This document shows positions 8,668 through 17,050 of a stretch of DNA of 18,242 nt, one piece after another. Origin of the DNA: Candidatus Bathyarchaeota archaeon (lineage in GTDB: Archaea; Thermoproteota; Bathyarchaeia; 40CM-2-53-6); contig CAVPLU010000002.1 of assembly GCA_963706285.1 (NCBI GenBank), positions 1 through 18,242 of the forward strand. Reading direction: 5' to 3'. The stretch's first letter is position 1; each line of letters begins with the position of its first letter. The notes under the pieces are model-generated. The model was not told where the DNA came from and ran no database searches. It worked only from the letters and a program-made list of their open reading frames with translations. The position numbers were made by a program, and so were the translations under genes.

Positions 8668-9650
8668 GTTGACCGCCGCCTTTTACAGCTCGAAGAGATT
8701 CCATCCTCTCGACTTGAACCGCATCTAACCCAGTGTACTTGACGAAAACATCTTCCAGACTGGGTTCCTTAGTGTTCAAGCTTACTATCTTCAGACCGTT
8801 CGATCTGGCAAATTGAGCTACTTCCGCGATGATGACGCTAGCATCTGATGTGTGGATCTCGTACTTGCTACCGCGCTTCGCAACTTCCCCTCACGCCTGC
8901 GCGGGATGCAAGAAGATTTACCAGATCTGGGACGTCCTTGTCGAAGACAACTTCAACGACATGTTCGCCATGAAGCGAGGATTTCAATCTCTCAGGAGAA
9001 CCTTCCACAACGATTTTGCCCTGTCTTATTATGGCGACTCGGTCGCATAGCTGGTCGGCTTCATCGATGTAGTGGGTTGTTAGAAAGACCGTCACACCTT
9101 CCCTGTTCAGTTCTCTGATGATCGACCGGATAAGCCTAGAACTTTGGACGTCTAGCCCGCTTGTTGGTTCGTCGAGGAAGAGAACTTCGGGACGGTGGAG
9201 CAATGCAGCGGCTATGCGTATTCGGCGTTTCATGCCCTTGGAATATCCGAATAGGCGGTCCTTTCTTCTATCGTATAGCTGAAAGGCTTCAAGCAGTTGC
9301 TTAGCTCGTGCTTCTCTCGTGAGTTTCTCGACGCCGTAGAGTTCGCCGATGAACATCAGGTTGTCCCATGCGGACATCTCATTGTAGAGATTGCTTACCT
9401 CGGATACGACGCCGATCCTCTGCTTGACCGCTAGGGCTTCCCGAGCGCAGTCTCGGCCGGCGACCTTTGCGGTTCCGGATGATGGCTTCGTAAGCCCTGT
9501 CAACATACGAATCGTGGTCGTCTTACCGGCACCGTTCGGTCCGAGGAGACCGAAGAATTCACCTTTAGCAACTCTGAAATCTATGCCATCCACGGCTGTC
9601 AGATTACCATACTTCTTGGTCAGGTTGCCAACTTCGATTGCGCTTTCCAT
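8660..9650 (-). CDS. ABC exporter ATP-binding subunit (DrrA/CcmA-like; frameshift near 8890)
   Basis: Walker A GPNGAGKTT, signature YSKGM, Walker B LFLDEPT, H-loop TTHY. The C-terminal EPSLEDVFVKYTG lies in a shifted frame ending at TGA 8660. Confidence 0.92.
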
Positions 9651-9672
9651 CCTCTTCCATTCTCGCCCAATA

Positions 9673-9780
9673 CTATCGTTTCAGCTCAAGGATCTGTTCT
9701 TCAACAGGTGCAAGTTCTTTCTTCGGTCCTTCCTCACACTTCCTGAGAACCTCAACTTCGCCAACTCGTCTGAGCAACAT
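9673..9780 (-). CDS. Small coiled-coil ORF, possibly DUF5320-like and possibly degenerate
   Basis: MLLRRVGEVEVLRKCEEGPKKELAPVEEQILELKR* resembles the E.L......LKKEL..VEE.I.ELK tail of small proteins I recall upstream of archaeal ABC-2 operons. Alternative GTG start at 9798. Confidence 0.4.
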   Translation of the reverse strand: MLLRRVGEVEVLRKCEEGPKKELAPVEEQILELKR

Positions 9781-9851
9781 GGCTGTGGGCTTACGCACCT
9801 AGTATCCTGTGACTCTCTTCAGATTACACGTACCGAGTGCGGCATCGGATT

Positions 9852-10487
9852 CTATTCTTTGAATCGCAGGTCAAGGTCAACATTTAGGCCTTCAAAGGCA
9901 TCGTGAATGTCCTCCGTCAGACTCTTCGCGAGCTCACTGTCCGGTTTCGCCTTCAAGTCCAAAACTATCTTGTTGCCCTCGATCTTTGTGCCTTCCAGTA
10001 ATTTGGAAGAGACTATGTCCGCTCCCTGAACTGGGTCAAGTACGCCACGTAGTATTTTGTTGACGAAAGGTTCGTCAATCTTGACGCGTCCTCTCTTTGC
10101 CTCGTATTTGAGAAAGGCCGTCTCGAGACCTTGCCTTGAGAGAACGGCGCAGTGAAGCTTGATTTTGGGGAGACCGCCAAGGTTTTCTGAAATATTCTTG
10201 AATGTGACGTTCCTTGCCTCCTCGATCGTCTTGCCTTTCACCATCTCTGTCATCATGGAACTTGCTGCTATGTTGGCGGCGCAACCATGTGACTCGAACT
10301 TTATGTCCTTGATTTGATCTCGATCAGGAACGAATTTCAAGTACAGTTTGATCAGATCACCGCAAGATATGCTTCCGACCTTGGATGTGACATCTGCATC
10401 CTCGATGACCCCGACGTTTCTAGGATTCTTGAAATGATCCATCACTTTCTCGGAGTAGCCGAACTTCTTCGCTAGAGTTTCAGACAT
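9852..10487 (-). CDS. iscU: IscU/NifU-type Fe-S scaffold with C-terminal DUF59 (FeS_assembly_P)-like extension
   Basis: YSEKVMDHFKNPRNVG, CGD, GCAANIA, LPKIKLHC, with all three scaffold Cys present. The C-terminus ILRGVLDPVQGADIV resembles the DUF59 L..V.DPE...DIV pattern. Confidence 0.88.
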   Translation of the reverse strand: MSETLAKKFGYSEKVMDHFKNPRNVGVIEDADVTSKVGSISCGDLIKLYLKFVPDRDQIKDIKFESHGCAANIAASSMMTEMVKGKTIEEARNVTFKNISENLGGLPKIKLHCAVLSRQGLETAFLKYEAKRGRVKIDEPFVNKILRGVLDPVQGADIVSSKLLEGTKIEGNKIVLDLKAKPDSELAKSLTEDIHDAFEGLNVDLDLRFKE

Positions 10488-10716
10488 TCGCCATCACTTC
10501 CTCTGATACGCCCTTGCTTGCAAGCGGGCTATTGGCTCTGGGAGTCTCCGCGACTTGTTTGACCGATTCGGTCGCATAGGCTAAGCCCTCTTTCGTCATC
10601 CACTTTGAGAGACTCAGACGAGTTGAGCTGTGAGACTCTTCGAGCGTGCCTCCGATGGCTCGGATAACGTGGCTTGGCTAGAACAAGGAGGGATCCAGTC
10701 TGCTGTGTACGAGGTT

Positions 10717-11112
10717 TCACTGGTGGTGACATGATCCGTTCGCGCTGGTGTGTTGTCCGCACAGACTATCTTGTGTCATTGCGTATGTTTCTCCTCTTAG
10801 ATAGGAGTCGATGGCATCACTTACGGTTCCTGTGATTCCGCATCTGATCTCGATTCCTAGTTGTTTGAATACCAAGTATGGGCGCATTCCCATTCCTCCC
10901 ACAAGCATTAGGTTGACTCCTTTCTCTGCGAGCGCTCTCACGGGGCTAGCGCAGTCAGAGTGCCCTCCATTCAATATCGACTCCGTCGCCTTTAGCTTTC
11001 CTTCTTCTAGTGTTACTATCGCGTAGGAGTCGCATCGGCCGAAGTGAGGTGATACTTGCGATTGGAGGCTTGCCTCACCTGTGCATGGTATTGCTATCTT
11101 GATTCTATCCAT
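10717..11112 (-). CDS. NifB/NifX-family (MTH1175-like) cofactor-binding protein
   Basis: KIAIP...VSPHFGRCDSY...GGMG.RP motif and a Cys/His tail (CGQH...CHHQ). GGAGG SD before ATG11112. Confidence 0.9.
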   Translation of the reverse strand: MDRIKIAIPCTGEASLQSQVSPHFGRCDSYAIVTLEEGKLKATESILNGGHSDCASPVRALAEKGVNLMLVGGMGMRPYLVFKQLGIEIRCGITGTVSDAIDSYLRGETYAMTQDSLCGQHTSANGSCHHQ

Positions 11113-11116
11113 TTGC

Positions 11117-11452
11117 TTAGCGTCCTCCTGTCCTTCCACGTTTTCCGGTTCGTTTTCTTTCTTTAACGACATATTCTCCACCTTCAATTCTGATTGCTTT
11201 ACCGTTGACCAGGGCGTCTGCGACCTTGCTATGTGCAGATTGTAGGATTCGATGAAATGTCGGCTGGGACACATTCATCGTCGCGGCGGCTCTCTCCTGC
11301 TCCATCGATTCGAAGTCTTTCAATCGTATTGCCTCAAGCTCGTCCACCGCCAAGCTGACCCTATCGAGTTCAGTCATTGGTATCCCTCTTGGTTTGAAGT
11401 AGTTGACGGATGGCTCGCAGCAGACCGTCCGACATATCTTCGGCCTGGCCAT
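11117..11452 (-). CDS. DUF134 (UPF0251) HTH DNA-binding protein
   Basis: MARPK..R.V...P....FKPRGIP...ELEAIRLKD...QE.AA..MNVSQPTFHRIL.SA..KVADALVNGKAIRIEGG. Confidence 0.93.
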   Translation of the reverse strand: MARPKICRTVCCEPSVNYFKPRGIPMTELDRVSLAVDELEAIRLKDFESMEQERAAATMNVSQPTFHRILQSAHSKVADALVNGKAIRIEGGEYVVKERKRTGKRGRTGGR

Positions 11453-11454
11453 AA

Positions 11455-11474
11455 TAACGAATAAATATTCAGAA
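11455..11474 (-). promoter_or_regulatory. Putative operator immediately upstream of DUF134 copy 1
   Basis: Minus strand reads cgaaaggcttatctgg TTCTGAATATTTATTCGTTA tt ATG; 18/20 identical to 15909-15928. Confidence 0.7.
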
Positions 11475-11567
11475 CCAGATAAGCCTTTCGAATGAGGAAG
11501 GCGATCTAGCGGACGTTGAGCAGCGCCAGAGTCCTGTGTTGCGCTCGTTTCCGGGCTTCTCGAGTTC

Positions 11568-12234
11568 TTAGAGTCTGATCTTCGGAACCAGCTTTCCATG
11601 CTTCAGCCCTTTGATGGGGTTGTGATCTAGTAGTCGGTCTTTGACGATGAAAGTTGTGACGAGCGCGTTTGAGTTCTTTGTGAAGAGCATGTCGTGACCT
11701 ACACACAAGCCAACGATTATGTTGACTTGCGCCCCAGCTCTGTTGAGCATTTCAGCTTGAAGTATCGGGTTGCATGCTGCTTCAAACACGTTTTTCCTTT
11801 AGTTTTGTATTTTTCTGGAACTCCGAGGTTTGTCTTGTCGGCAGCGCCGCATTTGCAGCAGACAGATGCCACATCAAAGCCTTGCTCTCTTCAGCAACTT
11901 CACTAGCGTTGATGCTTCGTCACGCAGCGCGACGCAGAAGGCAACGCCCATTGTTTCGATGCCTTGAAACTTCCCGAAATCTACTAGTTGCTCTATTCGA
12001 GACTTGACTACTCTGGGAACTCCCAGGATAGTGGGAGTTGCTGCTTTCTGAGTGGCTGCGGCGTTAACGTAGGTTTCCTTGACATCATCGTCAGAGTACC
12101 GATTAGCCGACCGCTTGATAGCATCAGGATTGCTTCGCATGGGGCAGTATGCGTGGCAGCGCGTCTGCGTTCAGCTCTTCCATGGGAGACGAACGACAGT
12201 AAGCGCCAGGACATTCCGCACATCGAGGACTCAA
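11568..12234 (-). CDS. DUF1847 Cys-rich metal-binding protein (frameshifts near 12155 and 11885)
   Basis: From TTG12234: SPRCAECPGAYC...YCPM, then GVAFCVAL, SVCCKCGA.DK, ACNPILQA..LN, IVGLCVGHD.LF, VKDR.L.HNP. Confidence 0.9.
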
Positions 12235-12283
12235 TGCTGAACCTATCACCGACAATCACTCTGCCCGTCAGGAGCATCGCTCT

Positions 12284-12297
12284 TGATTGGCCAATCA
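12284..12297. promoter_or_regulatory. Perfect 14-bp intergenic palindrome TGATTGGCCAATCA
   Basis: Read directly, about 50 nt upstream of the DUF1847 start; function unknown. Confidence 0.4.
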
Positions 12298-12434
12298 TAA
12301 TTCGATCTTGCACGCTGTCTCCACCCGCAACCCAGCATCAACGTGTCTTGCGCGTTAGGCTAGTGCTCCATTGCATGATGATCCAGGTCCAACCTCAGAA
12401 CTCGTCGAAAGGAATGTGAGCGCCGTATTTTCCC

Positions 12435-13452
12435 TCAAGACACATCGCGTTTCGTCGCGCAAGGGGATGGTCCTGTAAGGAGTCTCAAATCCGGCTTCCC
12501 ACAGCATTCTCCGACATTCTTCAACAGACAAGCCTCTTCCGCGCGAGGTGGAGGTGTCAAACTCCGCGTCCCTCGGATTTGGCCCTGCCTCTGCCCACAG
12601 TAGATTCGCGCCAGCAAGCAGAGAAGGCAGATTTGGTTCATGTGTGCAGTGCGCAAGGAGAGAATCACCCATGACGAGCCTGCAAACCGCGACTGCCTTG
12701 GCGAGGCTTGGCGAAGTTATGTCTCCGTGGTGGTGAAGTGGCATACCCTCAGCTGAGACTCTTCGCATAGCTCCGTGCAGACTCACGCCCAGGTCTTTTC
12801 CAAGAAACATTAGATCAACCATCTCTTCAGCTGTGTGTTCAGGTCCGATCGGCTCAAGACAGAAGAGCGCAGATAGACCGACGTTTTGAGCCGATTTGAT
12901 GGTTCGCACTCGCACGTCTGGGTCTATCGTGGTATCACGTCCCTCTCTGAGTCTGACCGCATGGTAGATCGCAGTGAACCCTGCTTCAGCCATGGACTCT
13001 GCTTCGCTCGGACCGAAGTCTCCTATGTTAGCCACCATTGGCATACGAGGTGAAAGAGAGGCCTTGACTTGTTTTCCAATTTTGAGGAACTCGTCAAAGT
13101 CGTACCCATCGGTTGTCATGAGGTAGATTGCATTTGCCCCAGACGCTTGAAAGATTTTAGCTCTGGCCACAACCTCGTTAACATCAAATTTGACGCGCTT
13201 TTCAGCGATTGTGCCGAATACACAGAACTTGCATCTCTTGGAACATGGCGAATAATCAATCCCGATCTGAGCGTGAACTTCGCCCATGTTGTGGAACTGT
13301 TGCCTTGTCATCCTGTCCGCGACGAAATAGAGCGAGTACATTTCAGGCGAATGGACATCAATCTCCATCAACCTCAATGCCTCCTCCCTAGTAATTCCGC
13401 TTCGCGAAAGTCCCTTGCTTAAGATGGCCTCTACGTCGGAATTTGCTTTCAT
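12435..13452 (-). CDS. Radical SAM protein, biotin-synthase (BioB)-like fold, function unknown
   Basis: CSKRCKFC (CxxxCxxC), YHAVRLREG.DT, EPIGPEH, CTHEPN, EAGPNPRD. Likely ATG at 13452. The C-terminus is probably frameshifted (~12478); the unshifted frame ends at 12355. Confidence 0.85.
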
Positions 13453-13533
13453 TTCAATCCTCAGAACCGTCACCTTTCGACGAGCAAAGATCTTGCGGCT
13501 GTTAGTCTGAGCTGTGATTCGGACATAAACTCG

Positions 13534-13553
13534 TAACGAATATTCATCCAAAA
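13534..13553 (-). promoter_or_regulatory. Putative operator upstream of the radical SAM gene
   Basis: Minus strand reads gcaaaagcctta TTTTGGATGAATATTCGTTA; 15/20 identical to the 11455-11474 site. Confidence 0.55.
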
Positions 13554-13672
13554 TAAGGCTTTTGCTGCTTTCATTCTGCGTTGGTTCGCATTGCATCGAG
13601 TTATGATATTCCAAAGAATCGTCCTTGAAGGACACCCAAGCCTACTGTCTCGCAAAGACTCGTGCCTAGTCG

Positions 13673-14447
13673 TTATTCACGCTCGACGTTCGATGCCAAT
13701 ACTCCGTCCAGCAACCTCTCAATACTGTCGGCTGCTGTTCCAAATTCCAGCGTCTTTCCATGTAATGCTGATTGAAACAGATCGTTATCGTAAGGTATCG
13801 AAGCCTCCACCTTGATGTCTCTTCTCGCTAATTCTCCTCTCATGAATGCGACTGTGTCTTCGTCTCCGACCTTGTTGAGGACTGCGCGAAACTCGATACC
13901 CACAGAATCGGCGAGTCTCTTCGCTTCTTTGCAGAGTTCCAGAGCTTCATATGACGGATCAACGACGAACAAGATCATCTCAGCAAGCGCGTCCAAGCCT
14001 CTTCCGAAGTGTTCCACACCTGCCTCCGTGTCAAAGACTCACAAGAGTTCTACCCTTGAATGGATAGGAGAGGATCTCTCTCGATACTGCTCCATGAGGA
14101 CAAGCACACCCTGAACCGGCCTCTCGAATCTTTCCAACCTCGACAAAGGAGAGATCCCTGAGCTGTCGGTCTTTTCCATGACAGACTTGACTGCGGCTTG
14201 AAGCTCATCAGACGCAGCGTCCTTCAGCGTTCCAAACGCGTGAGTCCTACCCCCTATCATGTCCATCAGGGTCGGATTGGACTCGTTCACGCCGAGCATT
14301 CTCCTGATTCCCGGATTAGACTCGTCCGCGTCCACTACGACCCACATGGAGCCCGCGCCTGGCAGCGAGCTTCGCTAGAAGTGCAGCTGTGGTAGACTTG
14401 CCGCTGCCGCCTTTCCCCGCCACAATGATACGCGTCGCGCGTTCCAA
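13673..14447 (-). CDS. cooC: CooC/AcsF-like nickel-insertion ATPase (three frameshifts)
   Basis: Reconstructed segments: IIVAGKGGSGKST, VDADESNP, VGKIREAGSGCACPHG (Ni-binding CxC, in an alternate frame at ~14150-14045), DTEAGVEHFGRG, VVDPS, VLNKV, IPYD. Confidence 0.85.
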
Positions 14448-14640
14448 ACCAACATCGAACAGCCGTTGATATGAGGATGATAATATCTGTTTTCGAGATT
14501 CGCAAGCGCTTCCTCAATGACTGGTAGGCCCGATAGAAGCCGCTGGCAAAGCCCCGAACGTGATTCCTAGGAGAAGTTGACGGGCCCGGTGGGGCCAAAT
14601 GGGCACGTGATCGGACGTTTTCTGAGTCCATGTTTCGTTC

Positions 14641-15525
14641 TCATTTACCACTCCCCAGAGAATTCTGCTCCTCTATCCTTCCTACGATTTCCATGAATGC
14701 TTTCGCAGCAGGAGAGTCAGAGTGCTGGATTATGAATGGAGTACCTTCATCTGAGTCAGCACAGACTCTCGGGTCGAGAGGTACACTCCCCAAGAATGGG
14801 ACCCCCAACTGTTCCGCAATCTTCTTACCTCCTCCACTCTTGAAGATATTCGTTTCTGTACCGCACTTGGGACATACGAAACCACTCATGTTCTCAATGA
14901 TGCCTAAGACAGGTGCACCCAACTGGCGAGCAAATGTGACAGCCTTCTTGACAACTATCTGCGATACCTCAGATGGAATAGTGACTATGACCACCCCTCC
15001 GATGTTTTGGATGGACTGCACCACCGTCAAAGCCTCGTCGCCCGTCCCTGGTGGCATGTCGACGAGGAGAAAGTCGAGATCTCCCCACACAACTTCACCT
15101 AGAAACTGTCTTATGGCTGCAGACTTCATGGGCCCGCGCCAGATTACAGGGGTCTCGTCACTTGGTAGAAAGTAATCCATCGAAATGACCTTCATATCGA
15201 AAGGACCCAGCGCGGGGAATACTCCCGGTGGACCCATGGCAAGTCCATGGGATCTCACTCCGAGCATCTTCGGTATACTTGGACCTGTGATATCGGCATC
15301 AAGAATTCCAACTCGGCCGGCGTGACCTTTTCTTGCCAGCGCAATACCTAGGTTCGCTGTCACGGTACTCTTGCCAACACCGCCCTTGCCGCTAAGCACA
15401 ACTATCTTGTGTTTGATCTTGTCCATGGAGGCCTTGACGCGCTGGTCTTGTTCCTGTCTTTCAGAATCACATGGACTTGACGCTCTTCCTCCCTCCGGTT
15501 GACCAATCGATTGTTTCCCGGTCAT
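14641..15525 (-). CDS. mrp: Mrp/NBP35 (ApbC) family Fe-S cluster carrier ATPase
   Basis: SGKGGVGKSTV, DADITGPSIP, VIWRGP, DMPPGTGD, ENMSGFVCPKC. Confidence 0.95.
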   Translation of the reverse strand: MTGKQSIGQPEGGRASSPCDSERQEQDQRVKASMDKIKHKIVVLSGKGGVGKSTVTANLGIALARKGHAGRVGILDADITGPSIPKMLGVRSHGLAMGPPGVFPALGPFDMKVISMDYFLPSDETPVIWRGPMKSAAIRQFLGEVVWGDLDFLLVDMPPGTGDEALTVVQSIQNIGGVVIVTIPSEVSQIVVKKAVTFARQLGAPVLGIIENMSGFVCPKCGTETNIFKSGGGKKIAEQLGVPFLGSVPLDPRVCADSDEGTPFIIQHSDSPAAKAFMEIVGRIEEQNSLGSGK

Positions 15526-15906
15526 CCCCGGACTCTCTCCCCAGGCTTCCGGGCTAAGCCTTCAGCTCCTACTGACCGTAGCCGAGCGGGTGACGGTTCG
15601 CGAGCGCGGGTCTTCTTGATGACGTAGCTGCAACCCTCAATCCTGAGGGCCTTTCCGTTGACCAGGGCGTCTGCGGTCTTTCTATGCGCAGACATGAGCG
15701 TCCTGTGAAGGGTCGATTGAGATTATCCGCATCTTGACTGCCGTTGGCTCCTGCCCGAGTCCTTCCAAGTCCTTGAGCCGGACAGCTTTGAACTCTTCAG
15801 CTGTGAGACAGATCTCCTCAAGCTCGATTAGCGGGATTCCTCTTGGTTTGAAGAACGTTGCCTCAGGCTCGCAACATACCCACCGGTTTTTCTTCGGCCT
15901 TGCCAT
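15522..15906 (-). CDS. DUF134 HTH protein, copy 2 (frameshift near 15722)
   Basis: MARPKKNRWVCCEP..FFKPRGIP..EEFKAVRLKD, then a shifted frame SAHRKTADALVNGKALRIEG ending in TGA that overlaps the mrp ATG (ATGA). Confidence 0.88.
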
Positions 15907-15908
15907 AG

Positions 15909-15928
15909 TAACGCATAAATATTCATAA
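15909..15928 (-). promoter_or_regulatory. Putative operator immediately upstream of DUF134 copy 2
   Basis: Minus strand reads cgaagactttattag TTATGAATATTTATGCGTTA ct ATG. The TATA-like tttatta lies about 25-30 nt before the ATG, a leaderless geometry. Confidence 0.7.
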
Positions 15929-16060
15929 CTAATAAAGTCTTCGAAACAGTGACATAAATCCTGAGACCATCTCTGAAGGTTGACGTTCCAATAATGTCAA
16001 GATAGTGACATGCTGACGCAATGCGTCTTCGGACCAAAAACAGAAAGGAATGAGGGACTG

Positions 16061-16954
16061 ATGAGTGCAGATGATGCCAGAACGATCCTACTTCGAAGGG
16101 GGATTACCGTCTCAAGTAGGTCTACGCTTGTTCTGGTGGTTCTGTCCATCGCCAAGGTGACTGTCGGTCTACTCTCTGGGAGCATAGCGTTACTTGCCGA
16201 CGCTGCACACACACTCATGGATATTGCAGGATCCGTGATTGTGTGGCTGGGCCTACGATTATCGCTGAGGAGACCCACCGATCAATTCCCATACGGTTTC
16301 TACAAGGCAGAATCCATCTGCACGCTAATCGTCTGCATTATCATGATCTTCACGGGGGCAGAAATCTTACGGGATTCCATAGAGCGGTTCTACGTTCCTT
16401 CTGTGATCTCATTTAGGCCGCTCGTGATTGCCGTTGCTGTCGGGTCTGGCTTTGTCTCCTACTTTCTAGCTCGATACAAGGAGAAGGCAGGACGAGAGAC
16501 CAACTCTCAAGGCTTGAGGGTCGAGAGCAGGCACTCCTTCGCCGATGTCCTGAATTCCGGTCTGGTCTGTGGGGGTGTGCTCTTCACCTATCTGAACGTA
16601 TCTTGGGTGGAGCCGTTGGCGGCGGTCATCATATCCGCTTTCATATTTTGGGCGGCGCTCACGTTCGGTAAGGATTCCATCTTTTCACTCATGGATGTCT
16701 CACCCCAGCCGGCGATCAGAAAGGCAATCGAAGACACCATAGTTGGCACTCCCGAAGTAAAGGGCGTTCACGCCTTAAGAGTCAGAAGATCAGGCCCGTT
16801 CATTTTCGTAGAAGCACATGTTGAGGTCAACGGAACAACCAGCCTCGAAAAAGCTCACATGATAGCAGATGAGGTCCAAGACAGAGTCCAAGAGAAATTC
16901 AAAGAAGTAGATTCGATGTCGATACACGTCGGCATGCGCGAAAAACACAGTTGA
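16061..16954 (+). CDS. Cation diffusion facilitator (FieF-like) transporter
   Basis: GSIALLADAAHTLMD, FPYGFYKAE, HSFAD, LRVRRSGPFIFVEAHV. The ORF track start at 16010 is also possible. Confidence 0.92.
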   Translation: MSADDARTILLRRGITVSSRSTLVLVVLSIAKVTVGLLSGSIALLADAAHTLMDIAGSVIVWLGLRLSLRRPTDQFPYGFYKAESICTLIVCIIMIFTGAEILRDSIERFYVPSVISFRPLVIAVAVGSGFVSYFLARYKEKAGRETNSQGLRVESRHSFADVLNSGLVCGGVLFTYLNVSWVEPLAAVIISAFIFWAALTFGKDSIFSLMDVSPQPAIRKAIEDTIVGTPEVKGVHALRVRRSGPFIFVEAHVEVNGTTSLEKAHMIADEVQDRVQEKFKEVDSMSIHVGMREKHS

Positions 16955-17050
16955 ATCAGGCAGTTGTGGCTGGGACTTGGCGAAATGAAAGAGACCGCCG
17001 TGTCAGTGTTAGGCGAGAGAGGGATCTAGGAGAGGGTGGTGAGGGAGAAG

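Noticed and set aside
10717-11112. Nitrogen fixation cluster
   Set aside because: Stand-alone NifB/NifX-type domains are common in non-diazotrophs, and there is no nifHDK in the window.
12435-13452. Radical SAM plus ABC exporter plus small peptide as a RiPP cluster, or a true bioB/pylB
   Set aside because: There is no SPASM/RRE domain or adjacent precursor peptide, the canonical BioB YNHN motif is absent, and no bio or pyl genes are nearby.
14039-14041. In-frame TGA between two CooC ORF fragments, suggesting selenocysteine
   Set aside because: The conserved GSGCACP segment lies in another frame just upstream, so the TGA is a by-product of compensating indels and is not at a Cys position.
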